Source: an uncultured Bifidobacteriaceae bacterium (GTDB lineage: Bacteria > Acidobacteriota > Vicinamibacteria > Vicinamibacterales > JAENWD01). Taken from it: DNA of 64,000 nt. Below the pieces are notes generated by a model. It saw nothing but the letters and a program-made list of their open reading frames with translations. It did no database searches and had not been told where the DNA came from. Position 1 is the first letter of the stretch. Each line of letters begins with the position of its first letter. This document shows positions 8,692 to 18,200 of the stretch, in pieces. The position numbers were made by a program, and so were the translations under genes. The stretch is taken from contig CAYUPN010000009.1 in NCBI GenBank assembly GCA_964446605.1, positions 1,721 through 65,720 on the forward strand, in the 5' to 3' direction.

Positions 8692-9567
8692 TCAGCTGCT
8701 GCGTGGCTCGACGGCGCGCGACGCCACCGCGACACCAATCCCGTCGAAGTCCCGCGCCGCCACGACATCGTCCTCGCGCGCCTCGATGCGGCCTGCCTCG
8801 TCGAGACGGCGCACGGCCTCGGTCCACTCGGCCTCGTCCAGGCCGATCGTGAACCGGTCGAGTCCGAGCGCGCCGGGCTGCAGCGGCGCGCGGCTGTTCC
8901 AGACGTTCGTGCCGACGTGGTGGTGATAGCCGCCGCGCGCGAGGAACAACGCGCCGGGGTAGCTGCGCTGCGTGATCCGGAAGCCGAGCAGATCGCCGTA
9001 GAAGCGCTCGGCGTTCCTCAGCGACGCGACCGACAGGTGGATGTGGCCGATGCGCGTCGCCGGAGGCATCGCGCCCGCATCGGCCTTCCGCCCCTCCTCG
9101 AGCAGGGGGGCGAACGCCAGCGCGTCGGTGTACATCGCGATGCCGCCGTCGCCGGTCTGCGGCCACGCGTCGCGGGGGCGGTCCGCGTACAGCTCGATGC
9201 CGTTCCCTTCGAGATCCGACAGGTACAGCGCCTCGCTGACGCCGTGGTCGGCCGACCCGAGCGGAATCCCGAACTGCAGCAGGCGCTGCAGCACCGCGCC
9301 GAGCGAGGCGCGATCAGGGTAGAGGAAGGCGACGTGGAAGAGCCCCGCCGTGCCGCGGGGGCGTTCGGGTGCGTCGGGCGCTGCCTCCAGGCGGATCAGG
9401 ATCGGCCCGCGCCCGCCGGCAGCGAGGGCACCCGGCGCTTCGCCCGGGACGGGGCGCATTCCGAGAACATCCTGGTAGAACGCCAGCGCGCGCGGCAGGT
9501 CGGCCACGCGCAGCCGGACGTCCTGGATGGATGCTGCCTCGACACCGGTTGCATGCATGCGCGTCAT
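8692..9567 (-). CDS. VOC (glyoxalase/extradiol dioxygenase-like) family protein, two-domain
   Basis: 291 aa starting at an internal ATG (MTRMHATG). Two VOC modules carry ...FYQDVLGM... and ...[17 protein letters not shown]...GGYHHH. Confidence 0.75.
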   Translation of the reverse strand: MTRMHATGVEAASIQDVRLRVADLPRALAFYQDVLGMRPVPGEAPGALAAGGRGPILIRLEAAPDAPERPRGTAGLFHVAFLYPDRASLGAVLQRLLQFGIPLGSADHGVSEALYLSDLEGNGIELYADRPRDAWPQTGDGGIAMYTDALAFAPLLEEGRKADAGAMPPATRIGHIHLSVASLRNAERFYGDLLGFRITQRSYPGALFLARGGYHHHVGTNVWNSRAPLQPGALGLDRFTIGLDEAEWTEAVRRLDEAGRIEAREDDVVAARDFDGIGVAVASRAVEPRSS

Positions 9568-9654
9568 TGTAGTGCCACGTGATTGCGAAACGTTCGCGGG
9601 GGCTGCTAGCCTTGGGCCCATCCGCGGCGGGCGCGGGCGGGGGAGCGTGAGGAT

Positions 9655-10971
9655 ATGCGAGGACGGGTCGACGGGGGCAGAGAGCACGGAGGAGCCGCCT
9701 GGTGGCGGCGCCTTTCCGCGACGGCCGCGCTGGTCGTCGGGTGCCTGGCCGCACTGCAGGCGAACGGCACCTGGTCCGAGTTCCGCGGGCCCAACGGCAC
9801 GGGCATCTCGACGGAGACGGGCATCCCGATCACGTGGAGCGAGACCAGCAACGTCCGATGGAAGATCCCGATTCACGGGAAGGGCTGGTCGTCGCCGGTC
9901 GTGCACCGCGGCCGGGTCTGGCTCACCACGGCCACGGAAGACGGCCGCCAGCTGTACGCGATCGCCGCCGATCTCGAGTCGGGGCGCATCATCCATGACC
10001 TGAAGCTCTTCGACGAAGCCGACCCGCAGTACGTGCATCCGTTCAACAGCTACGCGTCGCCAACCCCGGTGGCCGAGGGGGATCGCGTCTACATCACGTT
10101 CGGCGACGCGGGCACGGCCGCCCTCGACGCCGACACGGGGCGCGTGCTCTGGACGCGGCGGGATCTCGAGTGCAACCATTTCCGCGGTGCGGGCTCCTCG
10201 CCGGTCATCTTCCGGGATCTGTTGCTGCTGCACTTCGACGGCAGCGACGTGCAGTACGTCGTCGCGCTGAACAAGCACACCGGCGAGACCGTGTGGCGGA
10301 CGGCGCGGTCCATCGACTTCAAGGACCTCGGCCCCGACGGCAAGCCGATGGCGGAAGGCGATCTCCGGAAGGCGTTCTCGACGCCGCAGATCGTCGAGGT
10401 GGAGGGCGCGCCGGTGTTCGTCAGCATGGGCGCGAAGGCGACCTACGGCTACGATCCGCTGACCGGCCGCGAGCTCTGGCGCGTGGAAGAGCGGACCAGC
10501 CATTCCGCCAGCACGCGCCCCGTGGCGGGGCACGGGCTGGTGTACCTGCCGACCGGCTTCCCGCGCGGCCAGCTGCTGGCGGTGCGGCCCGGCGGCCGCG
10601 GCGACGTGACCGACACGCATGTCGCCTGGCGCCAGACGCGCGGCATCCCGAACAAGCCGTCGGTGCTGCTGCTGGACGACCTGCTCTTCCTCGTCAACGA
10701 TGCGGGGATCGCGAGTGCGCTCGACGCCCGTACGGGCGAGGTCGTGTGGACCGCGCGCGTCCGCGGCACCTTCTCGGCCTCGCCGGTCTCGGCGGAGGGG
10801 CGGGTGTATTTCTTCAGCGAGGACGGCACGACGTTTGTGATCGAGGCCGGGCGCACGTTCAGGCTTCTCGCCGAGAACACGCTGGACGACGGGGGGCTGG
10901 CGACGCCCGCGATCGCCGCGAAGTCGCTGCTGCTGCGAACGCGCACGCATCTCTACCGGGTGGCCAACTGA
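9655..10971 (+). CDS. PQQ-like beta-propeller repeat protein (secreted), paralog 2
   Basis: It aligns by eye with 5126..6406 (WSEFRGPNGTG, NVRWKIPI.GKG.SSPVV). Confidence 0.75.
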   Translation: MRGRVDGGREHGGAAWWRRLSATAALVVGCLAALQANGTWSEFRGPNGTGISTETGIPITWSETSNVRWKIPIHGKGWSSPVVHRGRVWLTTATEDGRQLYAIAADLESGRIIHDLKLFDEADPQYVHPFNSYASPTPVAEGDRVYITFGDAGTAALDADTGRVLWTRRDLECNHFRGAGSSPVIFRDLLLLHFDGSDVQYVVALNKHTGETVWRTARSIDFKDLGPDGKPMAEGDLRKAFSTPQIVEVEGAPVFVSMGAKATYGYDPLTGRELWRVEERTSHSASTRPVAGHGLVYLPTGFPRGQLLAVRPGGRGDVTDTHVAWRQTRGIPNKPSVLLLDDLLFLVNDAGIASALDARTGEVVWTARVRGTFSASPVSAEGRVYFFSEDGTTFVIEAGRTFRLLAENTLDDGGLATPAIAAKSLLLRTRTHLYRVAN

Positions 10972-11041
10972 CATCCGGTCCGCGGCGCTGCCGCGGACCT
11001 CACGCCGGCCACTCCGTGCCGGCAGGAGCGGAGCATCGACG

Positions 11042-11680
11042 ATGAGGCTTTCGAGACTGGCAGCAGTGGTTCTGGCGGCGACCGTCGCGCACGGCGGGGC
11101 GGCGCTGGCCGATGACGAGGGCTGGGTCAGCCTGTTCGACGGGAAGACGCTCGACGGCTGGACGGCCAGCGAGGCGCCGGGCACGTTCTCCGTCAAGGAC
11201 GGCGCCATCGTCGTCCACGGGCCGCGATCGCATCTCTATTACACCGGTCCGGTCGGGAACCACGACTTCAGGAACTTCGAGTGGCGTGCCGAGGTGATGA
11301 CCACACCGGGGTCGAACTCGGGGATGTACTTCCACACCGAGTACCAGGAACGCGGGTGGCCACAGAAGGGATACGAGGTGCAGGTCAACAACTCGCACAC
11401 CGACCCGAAGCGCACGGGCGGCCTCTACGACGTGCAGGACAACTACGAGGCGCCGGCGAAGGACAACGAGTGGTTCACGCAGCACATCATCGTGAACGGC
11501 CGGCGCATCATCGTGAAGGTCAACGACCGCGTGATCGTCGACTACACGGAGCCGGAGAACGTGGAGCGCCCGGCGAACATGAAGGGGCGCCGGCTGTCGA
11601 GCGGGACGATTGCCCTGCAGGGGCACGACCCGAAGAGCGTCGTGTACTACCGGAACATCCAGGTCAGACTGCTCGATTGA
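11042..11680 (+). CDS. DUF1080 (3-keto-disaccharide hydrolase-like) domain protein, secreted
   Basis: Signal peptide, then GWVSLFDGKTLDGW, FSVKDGAIV, NSGMYFHTEYQ and LQGHD..VYYRNIQV. Confidence 0.8.
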   Translation: MRLSRLAAVVLAATVAHGGAALADDEGWVSLFDGKTLDGWTASEAPGTFSVKDGAIVVHGPRSHLYYTGPVGNHDFRNFEWRAEVMTTPGSNSGMYFHTEYQERGWPQKGYEVQVNNSHTDPKRTGGLYDVQDNYEAPAKDNEWFTQHIIVNGRRIIVKVNDRVIVDYTEPENVERPANMKGRRLSSGTIALQGHDPKSVVYYRNIQVRLLD

Positions 11681-11684
11681 ACGA

Positions 11685-11715
11685 CGGGGCCGAGTGAAGC
11701 CCCGCTCCGCTGAAC
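11685..11715. repeat. Degenerate REP-like hairpin (CGGGGC-CGAGTGAA-GCCCCG-CTCCGCTGAAC), probable terminator of the DUF1080 gene
   Basis: It sits 5 nt after the stop at 11680. The stem and tail resemble the 849 and 6574 elements. Confidence 0.5.
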
Positions 11716-11869
11716 GCTCCGGGAGCGGCGAGGCGTGCGTCTGCCGCTCCACCCACCTTTCATGGTGCGATGGGTCGAGGAGACCCTCCGTGCCAGGGTT
11801 CAGCGACAGCCGACGCCGCCGCTGCGGTCGCGCTCCCGCGAGGCATCGCCCTTGCATCGCCGCGCGGTG

Positions 11870-13027
11870 ATGCTGGACGACGATCTCGACCGACTCGCGA
11901 CGTGGGAACCGGCCGGGGCACCCGTGTTGAGCTTGTACCTCGACACCCGTCCCGACGAAACGGGCCGGCGCACGTTCGACATCTTTCTGCGCAACGAGCT
12001 GCCGAAACGGCTGGAGACCTGGCCTGCTTCGTCGCCGCAGCGCGCGAGCCTCGAGGCCGACCATGAGCGGATCGCGCGCCATCTCGAAAAAGAGCTGCAG
12101 CCATCGACGAAGGGGCTCGCCCTGTTCACCTGCAGCGCGGCGGGCCTCTTCGAGGCGCTGCCGTTCGACGTGCCGCTCGACAACCTCATCGTACTGAGCG
12201 ATCGGCCTCACCTGTATCCGCTCGCGCGCGTGCTCGACCAGTACCCGCGCTATGCCGCCGTGCTGGCCGACACCAACCATGCGCGCATCTTCGTGTTCAG
12301 CACCGGGCGCAAGGAACGCGAGCTCGAGGTGCAGGGAACCCAGACGAAGTATCCGAAGGTGGGCGGCTGGTCGCAGGCGCGCTATCAGCGGCACATCGAG
12401 CACATCCATCTGCAGCACGTGAAGGAGATCGTGGACGCGCTCGACGATCTGGTCCGGCGCGAGCAGATCGAGCATGTCGTGCTGGCTGGCGACGAGGTCG
12501 TCATCCCGATGATCCGCGAACAGCTGCCGAAGCATCTCGAGGATCGCATCCTCGACGTCGTCCGGCTGGACCAGCGAACGCCGGCGCACGAGGTGCTGGC
12601 CGCGACGCTGGACGTGCTGCGCGAGAAGGACGCGGAGTCGGACGAGGAGGTCGTCGACGCGCTGATCGGCGAGTACCGGCGCGGCGGTCTCGCGGTGGTG
12701 GGCATCGACGCCACGCTCGGGGCGCTGCGTCAGGGACAGGTCGACACGCTCGTGTTGCCGGCCTCCGCGGAGCGGATCGAGGGGGTGGCCGTGGTGCACC
12801 CGACCGGCGATGCCGTGCCGGCGCCGACCGTCGGCGCCGGGCTGTCGGCCATCGACGCGCGCGCGGCGTCATCGGGGCCAACCGCCGAGACGCGTCCGGA
12901 AGTGCAGGCGACCGGCGAACTGGTCGCGCTCGCGCGTCAGACCGCGGCGCGCCTGCGCTTCATCGAGGACGCCGACCTGCTCTCGCCGGCCGGCGGAGTC
13001 GGCGCGCTGCTGCGCTATGCGGCCTGA
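11870..13027 (+). CDS. Bacterial archaeo-eukaryotic release-factor-like protein (baeRF / Vms1-ANKZF1-like putative peptidyl-tRNA hydrolase)
   Basis: KVGGWSQARYQRH (GGWSQ at nt 12362-12376) aligns with the eRF1 GGQ loop in its GxxQ form. ...HVVLAGDEVVIP..., ...GLAVVGIDATLGALRQGQVDTLVL... matches the eRF1/Pelota domain 2-3 pattern. The start may instead be the GTG at 11867. Confidence 0.65.
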   Translation: MLDDDLDRLATWEPAGAPVLSLYLDTRPDETGRRTFDIFLRNELPKRLETWPASSPQRASLEADHERIARHLEKELQPSTKGLALFTCSAAGLFEALPFDVPLDNLIVLSDRPHLYPLARVLDQYPRYAAVLADTNHARIFVFSTGRKERELEVQGTQTKYPKVGGWSQARYQRHIEHIHLQHVKEIVDALDDLVRREQIEHVVLAGDEVVIPMIREQLPKHLEDRILDVVRLDQRTPAHEVLAATLDVLREKDAESDEEVVDALIGEYRRGGLAVVGIDATLGALRQGQVDTLVLPASAERIEGVAVVHPTGDAVPAPTVGAGLSAIDARAASSGPTAETRPEVQATGELVALARQTAARLRFIEDADLLSPAGGVGALLRYAA

Positions 13028-13044
13028 GGCCCCGGAGAGCTGTC

Positions 13045-13221
13045 ATGAGCCGGAACAGCAACGTCAATCCGGATCACTACAAGGTGCGCGGGCGCGATCG
13101 CCAGGGTGAGGACATCCGCCAGACCGCCGAGCGCCAGCGGCTCGCGAAGGCGGAGGAGCGGGCCACGCGCTCCGGAACGGCACGGCGCGGCGGCAAGACG
13201 GGCCGGAAGGCCACCCGGTAG
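13045..13221 (+). CDS. Small (58 aa) highly basic protein, not in the ORF track
   Basis: ATG 6 nt after GGAGAG. The sequence is MSRNSNVNPDHYKVRGRDRQGEDIRQTAERQRLAKAEERATRSGTARRGGKTGRKATR. Third codon positions are strongly G/C. It lies 17 nt after the baeRF stop and 8 nt before the next start. Confidence 0.55.
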   Translation: MSRNSNVNPDHYKVRGRDRQGEDIRQTAERQRLAKAEERATRSGTARRGGKTGRKATR

Positions 13222-13229
13222 GTGTCGCC

Positions 13230-13739
13230 ATGTCCGAGCCGGATGCCGGCGAGGCCCGGGAAGTCGAGCGCGGCACGGCGCCTACCGAGGCGGAGATGCG
13301 CGAGAACGTCGTGCGTCTGGTCTTCGCCGGGGATCGTCAGCAGTACGACGCATTCCTCCGGATGCTCAGCGAGGCGCTGCCGTCCGACACGGCGGTCGTC
13401 CTGCGCGGCAGCGCCGTGACGGGCTACCGGTGGTCGGACGGCGAGCCGTTCGACGCCGAGGGGCCGGGCACGAGCGACCTCGACCTGACGCTCGTCGGCG
13501 AGTCGCTGCTGGAGGAGTTCACGGCGACCGGCTTCTTCGTTCCCGGCGTGCACAGTCGGCCGCTGAGCGACGACGCTCCGGACATCGCGCCGGGGTTGTT
13601 GCCGTTGCGCGAGCGGCTGATGACGCTCGTGCATCGTCCGGTGAACATCCAGGCGACGCGTGACGCGGTCATGACCCTGCGCGGAGAGATTCTGGGCCAG
13701 CCGTACCTGGTTCTGCTCGACCGGGTGCAGGGCCCGTGA
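13230..13739 (+). CDS. Minimal Pol-beta-fold nucleotidyltransferase-like protein
   Basis: It carries LRGSAVTG ... GTSDLDLTLVG (a G-S ... D-x-D pattern). At 169 aa, its stop overlaps the EEP gene start. Confidence 0.4.
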   Translation: MSEPDAGEAREVERGTAPTEAEMRENVVRLVFAGDRQQYDAFLRMLSEALPSDTAVVLRGSAVTGYRWSDGEPFDAEGPGTSDLDLTLVGESLLEEFTATGFFVPGVHSRPLSDDAPDIAPGLLPLRERLMTLVHRPVNIQATRDAVMTLRGEILGQPYLVLLDRVQGP

Positions 13740-14479
13740 CGCTGACGATCCTCACCTACAACCTCCGGTACGGCGGACTCGGCCGGGAAGATCCGATCGC
13801 GGACGTCATTTGCGCCCAGGACCCCGATCTCGTCGTCCTCCAGGAGGCGACGCGACCGGAAGTGGTCCGCGCGCTGGCCGAGCGTCTGGACATGCCGGCC
13901 TGGGGGGCGCACCGCGGCCGGTCGCTCGGGTATCTGAGCCGCGTGCCGCTCGCCACGGCTGCCTGGCACAGACCGCGGTGGTCGCGCCATGCGTTTCTCG
14001 AGCTCGTGCCGGAGGGCGCCGGCGCCACGATTTTCGGCGTGCATCTGAGCGCCGTGCATTCGAACTGGACGGAGCGCCGCCGCGTGCTGGAAGTGCGGGC
14101 GCTGCTCGCGGCCATCCGTCCGGACAGCCGCGGACTGCACGCGGTGCTGGGGGACTTCAACACCCTCGCACCGGGCGAGCAGCTGGACCTCGCCCGCCTC
14201 CCGCCGCGGCTGCGCGCCGTCGTGTACCTCACCGGCCGGCGCATCCGGTGGCAGACGATCGAGCTGATGCTCCAGACGGACTACGTGGACGGGTACCGGG
14301 TGCATCGGCCCGATCACCCGGGCTACACGTTTCCGTCCTGGGACCCGCACGTGCGGCTCGATTACGTGTTCGTGCCGCGCGTGCACGCGGACCGCCTGAT
14401 CGCGTGCGAGGTCGCGGAGCACGATCGGGCGGCGCTCGCGTCGGATCATTTCCCGCTCCTGGCGCGGCTCGAGGTCTAG
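13736..14479 (+). CDS. Endonuclease/exonuclease/phosphatase (EEP) family protein, cytoplasmic
   Basis: ILTYNLRYGG, LVVLQEA, GDFN and SDHFPLLARL. The GTG start overlaps the upstream TGA. Confidence 0.8.
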   Translation: MTLTILTYNLRYGGLGREDPIADVICAQDPDLVVLQEATRPEVVRALAERLDMPAWGAHRGRSLGYLSRVPLATAAWHRPRWSRHAFLELVPEGAGATIFGVHLSAVHSNWTERRRVLEVRALLAAIRPDSRGLHAVLGDFNTLAPGEQLDLARLPPRLRAVVYLTGRRIRWQTIELMLQTDYVDGYRVHRPDHPGYTFPSWDPHVRLDYVFVPRVHADRLIACEVAEHDRAALASDHFPLLARLEV

Positions 14480-14547
14480 ACCTCCGATTGCCCCGGTCCG
14501 CCCTGCCTCAATCTGCTACGATCGGCACCCCAGCAGGAGGGACATAC

Positions 14548-15009
14548 GTGGAGCGCACGAATCGACGCAGGTTCTTCGTGAAGACGGCACTGGCGGCGGC
14601 GGGCGCCGGCGCGGTGGCCACGGCGGCGCAGGCCCAGGAGGCCGGGCCGGTGAAGAAGGTGCACTGGCGCGGCGGCCGGCGGCCGAACAACCCGTTGTTC
14701 AGCCCGGCCGTGATCTACGGCAACCTGGTGTTCATCTCCGGCATCGGCGCGCACTTCGAGGGAGACATCACGGCGCATACCGATCACGTGCTGAAGGAGA
14801 TCGAGAAGCTGCTGGCGGAGGTCGGGTCGTCGATGGAGAAGGTGCTGAAGGTGAACGTGTACCTGAACGACCTGAAGGACTACGCCGCGATGAACGAGGT
14901 GTTCCGCGGCCGGTTCGGCCCCGAACCCGGCGTGCGCACGACGATCGCCGCGGCCGCCGGGATTCCCGGCAACTCGCTCGTCGAGATCGACTGCATCGCT
15001 CACATCTGA
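14548..15009 (+). CDS. RidA/YjgF-family protein with a Tat-type signal peptide
   Basis: AGGAGG lies 7 nt before the GTG. RRRFFVKTALAAAGAGAVATAAQA is followed by ...VFISG...KVNVYL.D......N.VF...P.RTT.....P....VEID. Confidence 0.75.
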   Translation: MERTNRRRFFVKTALAAAGAGAVATAAQAQEAGPVKKVHWRGGRRPNNPLFSPAVIYGNLVFISGIGAHFEGDITAHTDHVLKEIEKLLAEVGSSMEKVLKVNVYLNDLKDYAAMNEVFRGRFGPEPGVRTTIAAAAGIPGNSLVEIDCIAHI

Positions 15010-15010
15010 C

Positions 15011-15130
15011 GGATCGGGTGGGATCAGGTCTGATCGGGTCGGATCGGGTCGGATCAGGTCTGATCAGGTCGGATCGGGTCGGATCAGGTCTGATCAGGTC
15101 CGATCAGGTCTGATCAGGTCTGATCAGGTC
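15011..15130. repeat. 12 tandem, perfectly phased decamers KGATCRGGTC, each containing GATC
   Basis: Read directly: ggatcgggtg ggatcaggtc tgatcgggtc ggatcgggtc ggatcaggtc tgatcaggtc ggatcgggtc ggatcaggtc tgatcaggtc cgatcaggtc tgatcaggtc tgatcaggtc. Confidence 0.95.
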
Positions 15131-15155
15131 GCGCGACCGCTGATCGCGGTCGCGC
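15131..15155. terminator. Perfect 10-bp GC hairpin GCGCGACCGC-tgatc-GCGGTCGCGC between convergent genes
   Basis: Perfect inverted repeat with a 5-nt loop. The loop carries another GATC in phase with the decamer array. Confidence 0.55.
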
Positions 15156-15202
15156 AGCGTGGCTCGCCCGGTACGGCTGTCCTGACGCCTGCTCCGACCC
15201 GA

Positions 15203-18200
15203 TCAGAATCCCGTTCTGAAGCCGAAATCGAACGACCACCCGCGCGCCGGCGCGTCCATCGCGCGGACGACGGCGAATTCGAGCGGCATGCCGCCGGCGT
15301 TGATGCGGACGCCGGCGCCGATGCTGTTCACGGAGCGTCGGGTCATCGGCTCCGACCCGTTGCGCCCGCGGCTCCAGACCAGACCGCTGTCCGCGAACAC
15401 GAAGCCCTCCATCGGGATGATGCCGTAGGTCAGATCTCTCGAGAGGAGCCCCAGGAGCGGCGCCCGCACCTCGAGGTTGGCGACGAACAGGCGGCTGCCG
15501 AGCAGATCGTCGAACGACGTGCAGCGCCCGGCGGCGTCCCATTCGCACCGGAGATCGCTCCAGCTGTAGCCGCGCACGAAGTACCGCGACCCGAGAAAGG
15601 TCGGCACGAGCCGGGGATCGTGGGCATCGCGGCCGTACTGGCCCAGGTGGAGCAGGCGCGTCGCGATCGTGTAGGGCTTCGCCGGCATCATGTAGCGGCG
15701 ATAGTCGGCGAGGACGCGGGTGTGGGAGAGCCCGCCCACGCTGGGAGCCACCTCGAACCGGTACCGGCCGCCGAGAATCGGCCCGGTCGGCCCGTACACC
15801 GCGGTGTCGCCGACGAACGCCATCGCGATCTCGCCCATCGTCGCGGGCTCGCCGCCGGGTTCGGAGTAGCGCTGCTCCTGCAGCGTGCGTCCCGTCTTCA
15901 GGCTGATCGTCCGCGAGCGGACCTCGCGCGTGAAGCGCGCATGCCGCACGCCGGCAATCAACTCCACACGCTGCGATCGGTTGAGGGGGTACGCCAGCAT
16001 CGCGCCGACCCGCCCCTGGATCCGGACCAGATAGTCGCTCTGGCTGTGCAGGGCCGGCTGGTCCTCGAACTCGGTCATCGTCCGCGAGGGCAGGCGCCGG
16101 AGGCCGGGTTCGAGCTCCGCGAGCAGCCCCCAGTTGAGCCGCTGCTCCTGGTTCAGGAAGCGCAGAGCGAATGCGAAGTCACGCAGGCGGCTGCCGGCCT
16201 GGAAGGCGGTGAGCAGCTTGCGCTCGCCGAGCAGGTCGCCGAAGAGCAGGGATCCGCCGCCGCGCACGTAGGAGCCGAGCGGTCCGCCGCCGGAGCTCAG
16301 GTACGGCTGGCCGATGGCTTCGAGCGAGAGGTCCGGGCGATACGGTCTGGTCGAGATCGGAACCGCCGGCGCAGGCGCGGCGGACGTGATCGCCGACGCG
16401 ACGAGCGTGTCCTTGCGCGCGGCCGGCGGCATGCCGCCGGTCGCGAACGCGCGCGCCGGCACCGCCTCCCGCGTGTCCTCGCCGCGGTAGACGCGGACCT
16501 CGTACCGTCCCTTGCGGTAGACCGTGAGCGCGAGCGCGTCGGTGTCCAGCGCCGACGACAGCGCCGGACTCGTTTCGGCGAGCCCGCCGACCCCACCCGG
16601 CTCGTTCGACAGCTGGACCGCCCGGTTCGTGGCCAGATCGAGGCGATAGACGTGGCTGATGCCGCCGGGGTCGGCGATGAAGTACAGCGCCTCGCTTCCG
16701 GCCGACCACTGCGGGTTGACGTGCCGCGCGCCCTCGAAGACCTCGAGCGCGCGGACCTCGCCGGAGGCGACGTCGAGCAGCGCGAGACCGGGCTGGCCGA
16801 GCTCCAGCGGATCGAGCTTGCTGGTGAACCGCTCCGTGGCGAACGCAATCCGGCGGCCATCCGGCGACCAGGCGGGGTGGAGGTCGGCGAACGGGTCGTT
16901 CGTGAGCTGGCGGAGCTCGCGGGCCTCGAGGTCGTACAGATAGAGGTCCGTGATGCCGCCGCGCAGGAGCGCGAACGCGATGGCTTGTCCTTCCGGCGAC
17001 CAGGCCGGCGAGAGAATCTGCCCGTTCTTCGGCAGCCGGACCTCATGGCGCTCGCCCGGATCGGCCATGTCGAGGATCACGAGGCTCGGACGCCCGCGAT
17101 CGATGGCCGAGAAGACGAACTGCGCGCCGTCGTGGCTCCAGGCGCCGGCCGACCGGATGGCCTGCAGGCTCTCGATGCGCACGCTGTCCCTGGTCGTGGC
17201 CAGCTTGCGGAGGATGCGCCCGGTCTGCGCGTCCGCCTCGAACAGATCGATTGAGACGCGATCGCGCTCGGAGAAGAACACGACGCGGCGCCCGTCGGGG
17301 CTGATGGCGGGGCCGAGCTGCATGCGCCCGCCGCGTTCGTTCTGCACCAGGGCCGCGCCGCCCGGTGCAGGCACCGCTTCCCTCGGGTCTTTCCGGCCAT
17401 CGTCGCCGCCGGCGTCCGGTGTTCCGTAGTGCGCCCGGGCGGACGAGAGAAAGTCCTCGTACAGTCCCTGCACTCTCTCACCGGTCAGCCGTTCCAGCCG
17501 GCGCGAGATGCTGCCGCCGCGGCGGAGCTTCAGCGTGTCGGCGACGATCTTGTCGCCGAACCGGCCGGCGAGATAGGCCCAGAACGCATGTCCGAACCGG
17601 TAGGGAGAGAACCGCCGGGCCGCGGTGGACTGCGAGTCGGGCAGCAGATCGTGCAGGACGGCATCCCGCAGCCAGGCTTCCGTCTCCACGTCGGTGCTGC
17701 CGCGGGAGAGGTACTGCGCCATCCCCTCGACCGCCCAGAGCGGCCAGGTCAGCGACCCGCCGCTGTGGCGCACCATGTCGAACTGGAAGGCGTGTGCGAG
17801 CTCGTGGCCGAGGATGCGGTCGGTCTCCCCGAGCGTCGGCGCAAACGGCATCGTGATGCGGCGCCTCGCCGAGTCGGTCACGCCGCCGATGCCATCGCCC
17901 AGAATGCCTGAGACGACGTTCGTCTGCTGGAACTCGGGCTGGCTGCCGTACAGGATCAACGGCTGACGTCCGCTCAGCTTGTGGCCGAGCAGCGTCGAGA
18001 AGCGCGCGTACCACCGCTCGGCAAGCTGGGCGGCCAACCGCGCCGACTCGGCCTCGTCGGGGTAGTGGTAGACGTCGAAGTGCTCGGTCGCGAGTACCCG
18101 GAATTCGAAGTTGGAGTACTCGACCTTGTTCCGCCCGAAGTACTGCGCCGCGGCGTCTCGCGCGCCCGGGGCGGCGCACAGAAACACGAATGTCAGCACC

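Noticed and set aside
7390-9582. 730-aa plus-strand ORF spanning the oxidoreductase, GntR, DoxX and VOC region.
   Set aside because: It is out of frame with, or antisense to, four recognisable genes. Only its short segment 8539..~8690 (the DoxX-like helix) looks genuine.
15011-15130. The tandem repeat array as a possible CRISPR array.
   Set aside because: The units are 10 bp with no intervening unique spacers, and there are no cas genes nearby. It is a microsatellite-like array.
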